64,000 bases of DNA, taken from a virus (Duplodnaviria > Caudoviricetes). The stretch covers positions 3,832-67,831 of IMG/VR virus record IMGVR_UViG_3300048896_000095, one strand, 5' to 3'. Below the pieces are notes generated by a model that made no database searches, was not told the origin of the DNA, and was given only the letters and a program-made list of their open reading frames with translations. The first letter of the stretch is position 1. Each line of letters opens with the position of its first letter. Shown here one piece after another: positions 25,958-34,113 of this stretch. The position numbers were made by a program, and so were the translations under genes.

Positions 25958-26354
25958 TCCTTCCCTTTGCTCGGTGCGCTTCGTTCACGATCGAATCGAT
26001 CACGAAGGCCGCATCTTCGCCCTTGTCCAGAATCATGTCCACTGCGGGGGATGAACGCGCCTCGGGCGTGGCGTAGCCGGTCAGCAGGATCCGCCGGAGA
26101 TTTGGCCAGCAGTCGCGCACCGTCTCGAGCAGCCGCAAGCCGTTGGGGCCGCGCATCTGCAGATCGGAAACCACGATGTCCACCAGCTCGGTGTCCAGGA
26201 TCTGCAGCGCATGGATCGCCGAAGGCGCACCATGTACGACCAGGCCACACTTCCGCAGGTGCCTCACCAGGATTTCGAGAAGCTTCTCTTCATCCTCGAC
26301 CAGGAGCACGACCGGAGCGCGGTTTGCGCTGTGTTCGCTCTTGCTCCAGGTCAT
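25941..26354 (-). CDS. Stand-alone response-regulator receiver (CheY-like) domain
   Basis: VLLVEDE (acidic pocket), DIVVSDLQM (phospho-Asp), NGLRLL, ILLTG (Thr), LDKG (Lys). Confidence 0.9.
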   Translation of the reverse strand: MTWSKSEHSANRAPVVLLVEDEEKLLEILVRHLRKCGLVVHGAPSAIHALQILDTELVDIVVSDLQMRGPNGLRLLETVRDCWPNLRRILLTGYATPEARSSPAVDMILDKGEDAAFVIDSIVNEAHRAKGRNVQGR

Positions 26355-26619
26355 AGACGCGCTTCCCTAGTCCGCTTGCGGTTCCAATCAACTTCACATG
26401 TAGGTCCACGGTCTTCTTGAACGTATCGCCGCCAAGGATAGCAACACCGTTGACCTTGCGCTGCAGCTTCTTCAGCTCGCCGTCGAGCTCGTCGAATCGC
26501 GCTTGGATCACGATGTTGTTCTTCCGCTGATCTTCGCGCAGCTCCAGAACATGATCGGTCAGCTTCTTCAGCAGCAGCCGCATTTGCGTCTCTTCGCTAA
26601 TCGCCCGAGTCTTGTTCAT
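26290..26619 (-). CDS. Coiled-coil hypothetical protein
   Basis: 109-aa ORF, ATGA overlap with the endolysin stop. Confidence 0.65.
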   Translation of the reverse strand: MNKTRAISEETQMRLLLKKLTDHVLELREDQRKNNIVIQARFDELDGELKKLQRKVNGVAILGGDTFKKTVDLHVKLIGTASGLGKRVYDLEQERTQRKPRSGRAPGRG

Positions 26620-27431
26620 GTGTCGGTCTCTTCGTAGGCACGCAGCGCGGCGCCGGAGCTTAGCCCCTGCCGTACGCGCTCGATCTCTTCACGCACGAAA
26701 CGATCCATCGCTTCATCGTTGTGCTGCTTAGCTTCGAGCATGGCATCCGCGGCCGACTTGTTGACTGTTGCGCTAGGTGTAGGTGGCACGACGTTTGGCC
26801 AGTTCAGCCGGTCCACGTCAAAAGCGCCACGCGCCACGAGCTCGGCGTTCGCGAAGCAAAGCCGGTTGCGAGCATTGCGCGGGACGATCCCTGGGTTGCC
26901 GGCTTCGCGAATCTTCGCCGCGTATCCCCCGCTCGCGTCCTTCGCGATCGTGCCGCCCCAATCGCCTTCGAGCACGAGCCGCGTAAAATTGCCGAACGCC
27001 TTGGTGAAGCCTGGGCCCACTGCCCAAGCCATCGACAAGATCCCGAGCTGCCCATCGGCAGGGAAGGTGTCCCACCTGCTGAACGTCCGCCGCAGGTAGG
27101 CCACGTTGCTGTTCAGCTTGTTCAGCACGAGCACGTCGATATCTCGATCGCTCAGCCGCAGATCGTTCAGCTGCGCGGCGTACTTCCAATGGAGCTTTGC
27201 GTACTTGTCGCGCTGCGCCTTCAGCGCGCGCCACGCCGCCGAGATCTCGCCCACGGTTGCAAGCTCGCCGTTGGCGTGCTTCCAAGGCAGCTGCAGCGCG
27301 GCCGGCTCCGGATCGATCAAGTTACCGCAGCCGGTCGTGATCAAACCCTTCACGTCGCAATACATGCTCGTCACGTAACCCTCGAGCGGCTCCGTAAACG
27401 CACGCCACGCTGCAGCAACCTCGGGGTGCAT
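26616..27431 (-). CDS. Endolysin, T4-lysozyme/GH24-like
   Basis: LEGYVTSMYCDVKGLITTG gives the E-x8-D-x5-T catalytic triad spacing. Confidence 0.85.
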   Translation of the reverse strand: MHPEVAAAWRAFTEPLEGYVTSMYCDVKGLITTGCGNLIDPEPAALQLPWKHANGELATVGEISAAWRALKAQRDKYAKLHWKYAAQLNDLRLSDRDIDVLVLNKLNSNVAYLRRTFSRWDTFPADGQLGILSMAWAVGPGFTKAFGNFTRLVLEGDWGGTIAKDASGGYAAKIREAGNPGIVPRNARNRLCFANAELVARGAFDVDRLNWPNVVPPTPSATVNKSAADAMLEAKQHNDEAMDRFVREEIERVRQGLSSGAALRAYEETDT

Positions 27432-27434
27432 CGC

Positions 27435-27737
27435 TCAGCTTTCCGGCGTGCCGGTCGTCACCTTCAGATTGCTCTGCTGCGCCGGCAGCTCCACGGCTTC
27501 ACCGTCGGGCGCAGGCTTGATCCCGAGCGTGCCTTTCTCGGCATCCGTGAGCTTGTGCCCGAGCGCGTTCCGCGCCTTCAAGCGCTCCAACGCAACCTCG
27601 GACTGCAGCTCGTTCGGTAAGAGAGAAAGCACCGCCGGGCGCTTCGAACCTGGCGCTTCCTTGCCCGCGATCCAGCGCCCTACCTCCTGCACGAGCGGGC
27701 CCAAGAGCTTCACTGCCATCTGTTCCGGTGTCGTCAT
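27435..27737 (-). CDS. Hypothetical protein (lysis cassette)
   Basis: 100-aa ORF, ATGA overlap with the upstream gene. Confidence 0.6.
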   Translation of the reverse strand: MTTPEQMAVKLLGPLVQEVGRWIAGKEAPGSKRPAVLSLLPNELQSEVALERLKARNALGHKLTDAEKGTLGIKPAPDGEAVELPAQQSNLKVTTGTPES

Positions 27738-28426
27738 AGATACTTGCCTCCCAAATCGATCGCCTTCTCGACTTCGGGCGGCACCGTGCCGCCTTCCGCC
27801 TTCACCGAGTCGACCACCCTCTGCAGGTTCTCGATCGCCTCGTGAATCAGTCGCGGACCATCGGCATCGCTGGTGCCCTCGATCCAGTCGCGGACTAGCT
27901 CCAGGTCATTGCGCGCGGTACGCAGCAGCGCCACGCGAGCCGACGCCTGCACGACCTGCGCGTCCGTTGGTTGCGCGATAGCGTCCTGGCGTTTGGTCTC
28001 GGCTTCATCCAAGAGCGCCAGCGCGACAGCCGCTTCGTTGAAGGCTAGCGCTTTGCTTGCTTCAATCACCTGCGCCTTCGACGGTGGCGGCGGCAGTGAC
28101 GAACACGCAGGCTGCAGTGTCGCAACCGACAACGCCAGGCCAAGCGACAGCAGCAGCAGAGCCAGCGCAGACGGGGGCTTCGGCTTGGTATCGATCACCG
28201 GCTTCTTCGGCAGGCGACCTAGTACGATCAGGCAAATGCCCTGCACGATCAGCCAAGGGTCGAGCCCCGCGCCGCGCAGCGCCTTCATGATACCGCCGAT
28301 CCTCGGGTGAGCTTCCACCCACGCATCGACCTGCGACTTGCGAGCGAGCAGCAGCGCCAGCACACCAAACAGCAGGTAACAGAACCAGAGCGGGCGGGCC
28401 GCAATCCAGGCAGTAACTTGATCCAT
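27734..28426 (-). CDS. Multi-TM protein with an internal lipobox-like motif; holin/spanin candidate
   Basis: TM1 LWFCYLLFGVLALLLA, TM2 WLIVQGICLIVLG, TM3 ALALLLLSLGLALSVATLQPA-C, then an amphipathic helical domain. Confidence 0.55.
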   Translation of the reverse strand: MDQVTAWIAARPLWFCYLLFGVLALLLARKSQVDAWVEAHPRIGGIMKALRGAGLDPWLIVQGICLIVLGRLPKKPVIDTKPKPPSALALLLLSLGLALSVATLQPACSSLPPPPSKAQVIEASKALAFNEAAVALALLDEAETKRQDAIAQPTDAQVVQASARVALLRTARNDLELVRDWIEGTSDADGPRLIHEAIENLQRVVDSVKAEGGTVPPEVEKAIDLGGKYL

Positions 28427-28463
28427 GCGAAGAGGCTCTCATAAGAGCCCCCCCGCTAACAAG

Positions 28464-30002
28464 TCAGAGCGAGTATCCCACCACGTACGCAACGCAGGCA
28501 CTCAGCGCCGCCTGCGAATTCAGCTGAATGTAGGTCTGCGCCGAAACACCGCCGCCATCGGCAACCCACGGCAGACCGGTGTTGAGCGGGATATTTCGCA
28601 CCGTGACTTTGCCCGTCGTGCCACCCGCGAGGCTTGCCGAAATGAATTCGTGAAAGAGCCCGTCCGTGTCGCCGGTCTGCTTCTTCACGAACAGCTCCAG
28701 GTACCCATCAGCCGACGTGGTGAACTGAAACTCCAGATCGATCGAGCGTGCGTGCGCAGGAACGATCACGCCGCTGCGCGGGCTGAAGGTCCACTTGACC
28801 TGGTTCGAAGCAACGCCGGCGATGCCCGGCAACGCGCCCAGCACGTTCAGGCCAAAGCTCACCTTGCGCCCCACGCACGTGCCGGCCGCGTGCGTGCCCG
28901 TGTTGTCGACCATCAAAGTAACGAGCGCGACGCCGGGCGCATCCGACGTGAACCCGAGCTCAGTGGCCAGCGTAACGCTGTCGTAACGGCCATCGGACTT
29001 CGGTTGATCGTTCGTGAAAACCGGGATCCCACGAATGCCGACAGGCACGCGCAAGCCGCCGATGCCGTCGGCGCCGGTCTGCGCGTACTTCACCCACCGC
29101 GGCAGCCCACCTGGGAAAGCTGCAACCAAGTGGATCAGCGTGTTAGCCGTCATGGCGAACGCCGGGTCCTGCGCCGCCGTGAACGTGCTGTACATGTTCA
29201 GCAGCTGACCGCCCGCGAGATAGCCGTTGAATTGGCTGAGCGCGTAGCCCTCCACGCCATCGGCATCATTTGAGCGCCAGCGACCATCGACGGGTTGCTC
29301 GAACTTGCTTCGGCTCCCAAGCGGATCGAGCGCCGGCGTACCGAACTGCACGCGGTCCGCGACCAGCGGCCGCACGTCCCAAATGATGCAATCGGCAAAC
29401 GATGCGCTCGCCGGCGGATGCGAGATCACCGCGAGCGCAAGCCACCCGCTCGCCGCCGCCGGCAGACCTGCACCCGCGGTGCCCTGCCGAATTCGGTAGC
29501 TCAGGCGCGGAGCCTGCACCTTGTCCACCGACGTGGGAACGAAGTTGCGCGTCGTGGTGTTGAACACACCTCGCGTGGTCGTCTCGAGCGCAGTGTCTAC
29601 CACCGACACCTCCACGATATCCAAGCGCGGGTCGCCCGCCGCGTTGGCCACGAACACCAGCGCGCCGGGATCGGTCACGCCGGGATCGTCCACGAGCTCC
29701 AGGATCGAATCATCGCTGTTCGCCGGCGTGATCGCCGCTGCGAGCGCGCCATCATCGACCGTCAGGTAGGTGTTGTTGTCGGGCCGCACGAGCAAGCCGC
29801 CGAGCACGTGAGCGCGCAGCGGGGTTGCCGTGGCAGTCGAACGCACCACGTAACCCGGCAGGGTCATGGGCCATCGCTGATCGTCGTGCAGGCCGCGCAA
29901 GATCTCGAGTGTGCTGGCCATCGTGAAGGCATCACCACGCAACAAGTCCTCGTGCTGCGCACGCTCCAGCGTCAAAATGTTGATGCGCTTGCTCTTGGCC
30001 AT
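28464..30002 (-). CDS. Tail fibre/baseplate-associated protein
   Basis: Follows the baseplate genes; PRLDIVEV...PAAASGWLALAVI pattern typical of proximal fibre domains. Confidence 0.6.
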   Translation of the reverse strand: MAKSKRINILTLERAQHEDLLRGDAFTMASTLEILRGLHDDQRWPMTLPGYVVRSTATATPLRAHVLGGLLVRPDNNTYLTVDDGALAAAITPANSDDSILELVDDPGVTDPGALVFVANAAGDPRLDIVEVSVVDTALETTTRGVFNTTTRNFVPTSVDKVQAPRLSYRIRQGTAGAGLPAAASGWLALAVISHPPASASFADCIIWDVRPLVADRVQFGTPALDPLGSRSKFEQPVDGRWRSNDADGVEGYALSQFNGYLAGGQLLNMYSTFTAAQDPAFAMTANTLIHLVAAFPGGLPRWVKYAQTGADGIGGLRVPVGIRGIPVFTNDQPKSDGRYDSVTLATELGFTSDAPGVALVTLMVDNTGTHAAGTCVGRKVSFGLNVLGALPGIAGVASNQVKWTFSPRSGVIVPAHARSIDLEFQFTTSADGYLELFVKKQTGDTDGLFHEFISASLAGGTTGKVTVRNIPLNTGLPWVADGGGVSAQTYIQLNSQAALSACVAYVVGYSL

Positions 30003-30014
30003 TTCAGATCCCTT

Positions 30015-31367
30015 TCACAGACTATCGTCCAGCACAATCGTAAACCCAATGCCCGCTTCTCGCGCCGCGTTGATCGCGTCGTAAGCCCGGCCGATGGCAG
30101 AAAGAAACACGGCGTCGGTGCCGTCCCAAACCATCTCACCCCACGCAGCGGGGAAGTCTGCCGGGCCGTCCGAATCCCACGCGCTGCCCACGTCGTCAAC
30201 GTTGGTCAAGGCAACGCACACGATGAAAAAGCGGGTCGCGGTGCCCTCGCTCATCCACACGATCCCGCTGCCCACGAGCTCACTTCCGATCGGCTCGGTC
30301 ACGCCGCAGCCGCAGGGCTCGCCGATGTCCCACGGGTGCAGGTCCCACGTGAAGCCCATCAGCTCGTCCACTTCGCCGGTCTCGTGAAGGCACCACGGGA
30401 TCCCGAACGGCGTTAGCACGCGCGTCAGGATCCGCTCCATCGCATTAGGGCTAACGGTGTCCGGGAGCTCCACCAGGCGCTCGGCGAAAGCTTCGTCAGT
30501 CTCGCCCGATACGCGCTCGATCTTGCGCTCGGCGCTAATGGCACTCAGACCGTCAACACGACCACCGACAGCGGGGTCCGGCTGCGTAACGGTCACGCCC
30601 AGATCCGCCATCTCTTCTACTTCCACGCGCACGGGTTCCAGCACGTCCGCCGGATCGAGTGGCGGGTCGAACTGCAGCGCGACCTCATCAGAAACCAGGT
30701 ACGCCCCCACGACCTTGCGCGGCACGTCGGCGTCGGGCGTGGTCAGCGTGCCGACCGGCACGAACCGAATCATGCGCCCGAGCAATCCAAGATTGAAGCG
30801 ATCCGCGTTGACTTCGTTTGGCGCCACCGAGCGGCGCACCTCGTTCGTAGCAGTCACGATCGCCGGAACAGTCAGCCGCCCCTGCGGCTCAAACGCTGCG
30901 ATCACGCCGGGCCAAACGTTGCCGGTGTAGCCCTCGAATTCGGCCTCCACCTCCACAGCTACGGGCCCCGTGCTGCCCGCCGGCAGCGTCACGCTCTGCA
31001 CCGCCAGAAAGCGCCCAAGCGACAGCAGCGAGCCCAAGCTATCGGTCGCCGTGGCCAGGAACACCTGCCCCACGTTCACCAGCAGATCGCCGAGCACGGG
31101 CGCCGCGCGAAAGAGCTGCAGTGTCGTGCGTGCCTTGGCGCCACTGGAAGCCGTTGGCCCCGTCTGAATCGAGTGCTGCCGCAAGAAATAAGCTTGCTGG
31201 CTGATGTTCAGATTATCCTCGAAGCCAGCGAAGATCGCCGCCTGCAGCGAAGGCACATCAAAGCCTGCGCCTTGCGCCTCGTTCTCGATCCCTTCCGTGT
31301 AGTCGAGCGGCAACACCGCGCGCCACAGGTTCAGGAAGTCAGCTTGTGTGAAGGGTCTGAGCGCCAT
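30015..31367 (-). CDS. Baseplate wedge protein
   Basis: Follows baseplate J; contains a J-like segment (VEAEFEGYTGN...GETDEAFAERL). Confidence 0.6.
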   Translation of the reverse strand: MALRPFTQADFLNLWRAVLPLDYTEGIENEAQGAGFDVPSLQAAIFAGFEDNLNISQQAYFLRQHSIQTGPTASSGAKARTTLQLFRAAPVLGDLLVNVGQVFLATATDSLGSLLSLGRFLAVQSVTLPAGSTGPVAVEVEAEFEGYTGNVWPGVIAAFEPQGRLTVPAIVTATNEVRRSVAPNEVNADRFNLGLLGRMIRFVPVGTLTTPDADVPRKVVGAYLVSDEVALQFDPPLDPADVLEPVRVEVEEMADLGVTVTQPDPAVGGRVDGLSAISAERKIERVSGETDEAFAERLVELPDTVSPNAMERILTRVLTPFGIPWCLHETGEVDELMGFTWDLHPWDIGEPCGCGVTEPIGSELVGSGIVWMSEGTATRFFIVCVALTNVDDVGSAWDSDGPADFPAAWGEMVWDGTDAVFLSAIGRAYDAINAAREAGIGFTIVLDDSL

Positions 31368-31370
31368 GGA

Positions 31371-32510
31371 TCAAAGCCCGTTCACGAGCACGCGATCGAA
31401 AGTCGTGCGGATGGTTCGCCCCGTGTCCGGAAACACGTCGCCCAGCGGATTCACGATCGCCGTGTTCGGCACGATCAGACCCGGCACCGAGCGCGCCAGC
31501 GCCATCAGCATGCTGCTACGGAGCGCCTCGTTCGGCGCCAGCACCGACATGGCGTTTACGGTCAGCGTCTTCAGCTGCTGAATGGCGCGCTGCTGATCGA
31601 CGCCCACCTGAAAGCCCACCTGGTACGCGACGTTCAGGAACGTGGGCGAGCTCACGACCACCGCCACCGGCACGCCGGCGCCGCGGTATTCGCGAAGCGC
31701 AAGCCGCACAGCGTTGGCTAGAACCGTGTTCGCTTGCCCGTTCTTGTCGGCAATGTAAAGCCGCACGTAGCCGTTCGGGAAACCGTCGGGGCCGATTAGC
31801 TCTTCGCCAACGGCCGACGCAATGCCCGGCACCGTGAGCGCACCGAATTCGATCGCCGAAAGGATGCCGCGCCGCGCTGCCAGAAAGAACGCACGCGCCC
31901 GCTCGCGCAAGCTCGCGTCGGTCTCCACGTCGACACCACCGGCGGCCGGCTCGAGATTCGTTACCAAGATCGTGGCATCGCCGGGGGCGTCCACGAACTG
32001 GTTGATTGCGCCTTCAGCAACGTTGCCCACCTCGCCCGAAAGCGAAGCCACCGCGCGCGCCGTCACCGGCCCCGAGCTGTTCAGCGCGAAGCTCGCCGAT
32101 TCAACGAGCTCGTACTGCAGACCGTTCTGCGTCTTGAACTTGCGCCCCACGTCGAACGTGATCGGCGTGCCCGAGCTCGGCGGGATCGAACGACTGAACG
32201 TGAGCGGCACCACCGCCTGCGCCGATTGCTTGCGCACTACCGTGGGCGAGAAGCGGTCCGCGACAAGCCGATCGAGATCTTCGCCCTCGGCGCTGTCGAG
32301 ATAAAGCGCCGCGATCCGAAGCCCCAAGTGGCGGGTGGCTTCGTCGCCCATCGCGCTTGCCGCTGCGATGATGATGTTGATGTCCGTCCCCGGCGTGAAA
32401 ACGGCTTGCGGGGATAGCCGGGTGGCTTTCTGCCGGAGCTGCGCGCGGGCGAACACATCGCGCGCGCCGATCTGGAAGTAGTCTTCTCTCGTCGGCAGGG
32501 CCACGGACAT
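31371..32510 (-). CDS. Baseplate J-like protein
   Basis: LDRL, VTARAVASLSGEVGNV, NLEPAAGGVDVETDASLRERA, ALTVPGI. Confidence 0.9.
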   Translation of the reverse strand: MSVALPTREDYFQIGARDVFARAQLRQKATRLSPQAVFTPGTDINIIIAAASAMGDEATRHLGLRIAALYLDSAEGEDLDRLVADRFSPTVVRKQSAQAVVPLTFSRSIPPSSGTPITFDVGRKFKTQNGLQYELVESASFALNSSGPVTARAVASLSGEVGNVAEGAINQFVDAPGDATILVTNLEPAAGGVDVETDASLRERARAFFLAARRGILSAIEFGALTVPGIASAVGEELIGPDGFPNGYVRLYIADKNGQANTVLANAVRLALREYRGAGVPVAVVVSSPTFLNVAYQVGFQVGVDQQRAIQQLKTLTVNAMSVLAPNEALRSSMLMALARSVPGLIVPNTAIVNPLGDVFPDTGRTIRTTFDRVLVNGL

Positions 32511-32523
32511 GGCCAGGAGCCTA

Positions 32524-33336
32524 TCAGGGAAGCCGGATCGGAACCACGGTCTGGACCGCGCCGGCGCTCGTCACCGCGTCAATAACGCAGCTAACCACGC
32601 TCGGATCCTGCGGTGTTTGCGATAGTCGGCACGTGCAGGTTTGCACCTCGGGCTCCTGCAGCACCTGCGGACGGATGCGCGCGGAAAGCCTGCGCAGCAT
32701 GTCCACCGTGAGCAGCCCCTTCACTTGGACGCCTGCGCCGTACCCGAGCAAGTGAAAGAAAGAGCCGCTCGCCGCGAACACACGCCGCACGATGCGCTTT
32801 CGAAGTCCGGCCTCGCCTGTCTTGTCGGTTCCCAGATCACCCGCTGCAGTGACCTGATACGTACCGAGCTGCGCCGGAAACACGAGCGCGTCACGCGGGG
32901 AGTAGGGGTTGGCGATGTCCCACAGAAAGCCGCTGTCGGTTCGAATGTCCGCCGGCGCCGCCGTCGCCGAAGCCTTCAACGCGGTGAAGTCAAAGTCCGC
33001 ACCGCCAAACGAGATCCGGTAACGCTTGCCGTAGCTCAGCACCCCATCGATCGCCAAGAGCGTGATCGGCAGCTGCACCAGCACGAGCTGCGGAATGTCA
33101 AAGCTGCCTTCGTTGTCCGCGTTCACGTCCTGCGCCGACTGCACGAGCCGCGGATGCGCGTCCGGATCCAAGGGCGTCACCGTCCAGTTTTTCGGGATCA
33201 GCTTCGCCGCTGCGTCGCCGCTTACGGTCGCCGCCACGAGATTCGCAGCGAGCTGCACGAACGACAGCGGCAGCAGGTCAAAGATGGCGCCGCCGAAAGG
33301 GACCGCGCCGAAGCTTGTACCGAATCCGCCGCTCAT
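32524..33336 (-). CDS. Baseplate wedge subunit (gp25/GPW-like C-terminus)
   Basis: GLRKRIVRR...GSFFHLLGYGAG...LSARIRPQVLQEPEV; lies between the spike and J genes. Confidence 0.65.
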   Translation of the reverse strand: MSGGFGTSFGAVPFGGAIFDLLPLSFVQLAANLVAATVSGDAAAKLIPKNWTVTPLDPDAHPRLVQSAQDVNADNEGSFDIPQLVLVQLPITLLAIDGVLSYGKRYRISFGGADFDFTALKASATAAPADIRTDSGFLWDIANPYSPRDALVFPAQLGTYQVTAAGDLGTDKTGEAGLRKRIVRRVFAASGSFFHLLGYGAGVQVKGLLTVDMLRRLSARIRPQVLQEPEVQTCTCRLSQTPQDPSVVSCVIDAVTSAGAVQTVVPIRLP

Positions 33337-33345
33337 GATCCGAGC

Positions 33346-34113
33346 TTACTCGCCCTTGACTTTCTTCGAAAGCACGACGCCCGCCTGCTGCAGTTGCGCC
33401 TTCAAACCGACAACGGGCGCCTCCCATTGCAGTTGAAACGCAGGCAACCCCGTGAAGGTCACCGGGATCGGTCCAGGCACTGCGCCCGTCGGCAGCACCT
33501 GCAAAAGGCCGTCAACAATCTGAATCAGCCGATCGATCAGCTCTTCGCCACGCACGAAGCTTTTCGCCGCGTTCTCGGATCCGAGCAGCACGCCATTCTC
33601 GGTGTCGTCCGCTTTGAGCACATGGCGCTTGGCCTGATCGAAATGCTGCCCCGTGTACTGCTCACGCCGCGCGTAGGGAGAAACCTTGATCTCGGTGTCC
33701 GCCGGCGCCACGCGCGCGTCGGTGCTGGTCTTCAGGTCACCGTCGATCGGCATCCCGTTGATCTCGGTCGGCGCCTTGTCTTCTTCGTTCGTTAGGCCCG
33801 AGACGATCAGCGGCTCGTAATCCTCGGTCGATGCCGCCGGCAAGCTCAGCAGCACCTCAGCGCCTTTCGGGATCGGCAGGTACTCACCAGCATCAATGCC
33901 AGCGAGCGAAGATGCCGCACGACATTCGAGCTCCACGCCCTCCAGCTCCGAACCGTACGCGCGCACCAGAGTGAGCCAGCCCAACTGGTCGTCCCAGTAA
34001 ACGTCCTCGACGCGCGCAGCCGTCACCCACGTGCGTGGATCAATGCCCGCGCCCTTCACCGCTTCGCGCACGCGCGAAACGTCCCAATGCTTACGCCGGC
34101 TAGAGCGCGTCAC
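33346..34113 (-). CDS. Baseplate spike (gpV-like)
   Basis: OB-fold-like N-terminus (GEYLPIPKGAEVLL); position after the hub gene. Confidence 0.65.
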   Translation of the reverse strand: MTRSSRRKHWDVSRVREAVKGAGIDPRTWVTAARVEDVYWDDQLGWLTLVRAYGSELEGVELECRAASSLAGIDAGEYLPIPKGAEVLLSLPAASTEDYEPLIVSGLTNEEDKAPTEINGMPIDGDLKTSTDARVAPADTEIKVSPYARREQYTGQHFDQAKRHVLKADDTENGVLLGSENAAKSFVRGEELIDRLIQIVDGLLQVLPTGAVPGPIPVTFTGLPAFQLQWEAPVVGLKAQLQQAGVVLSKKVKGE

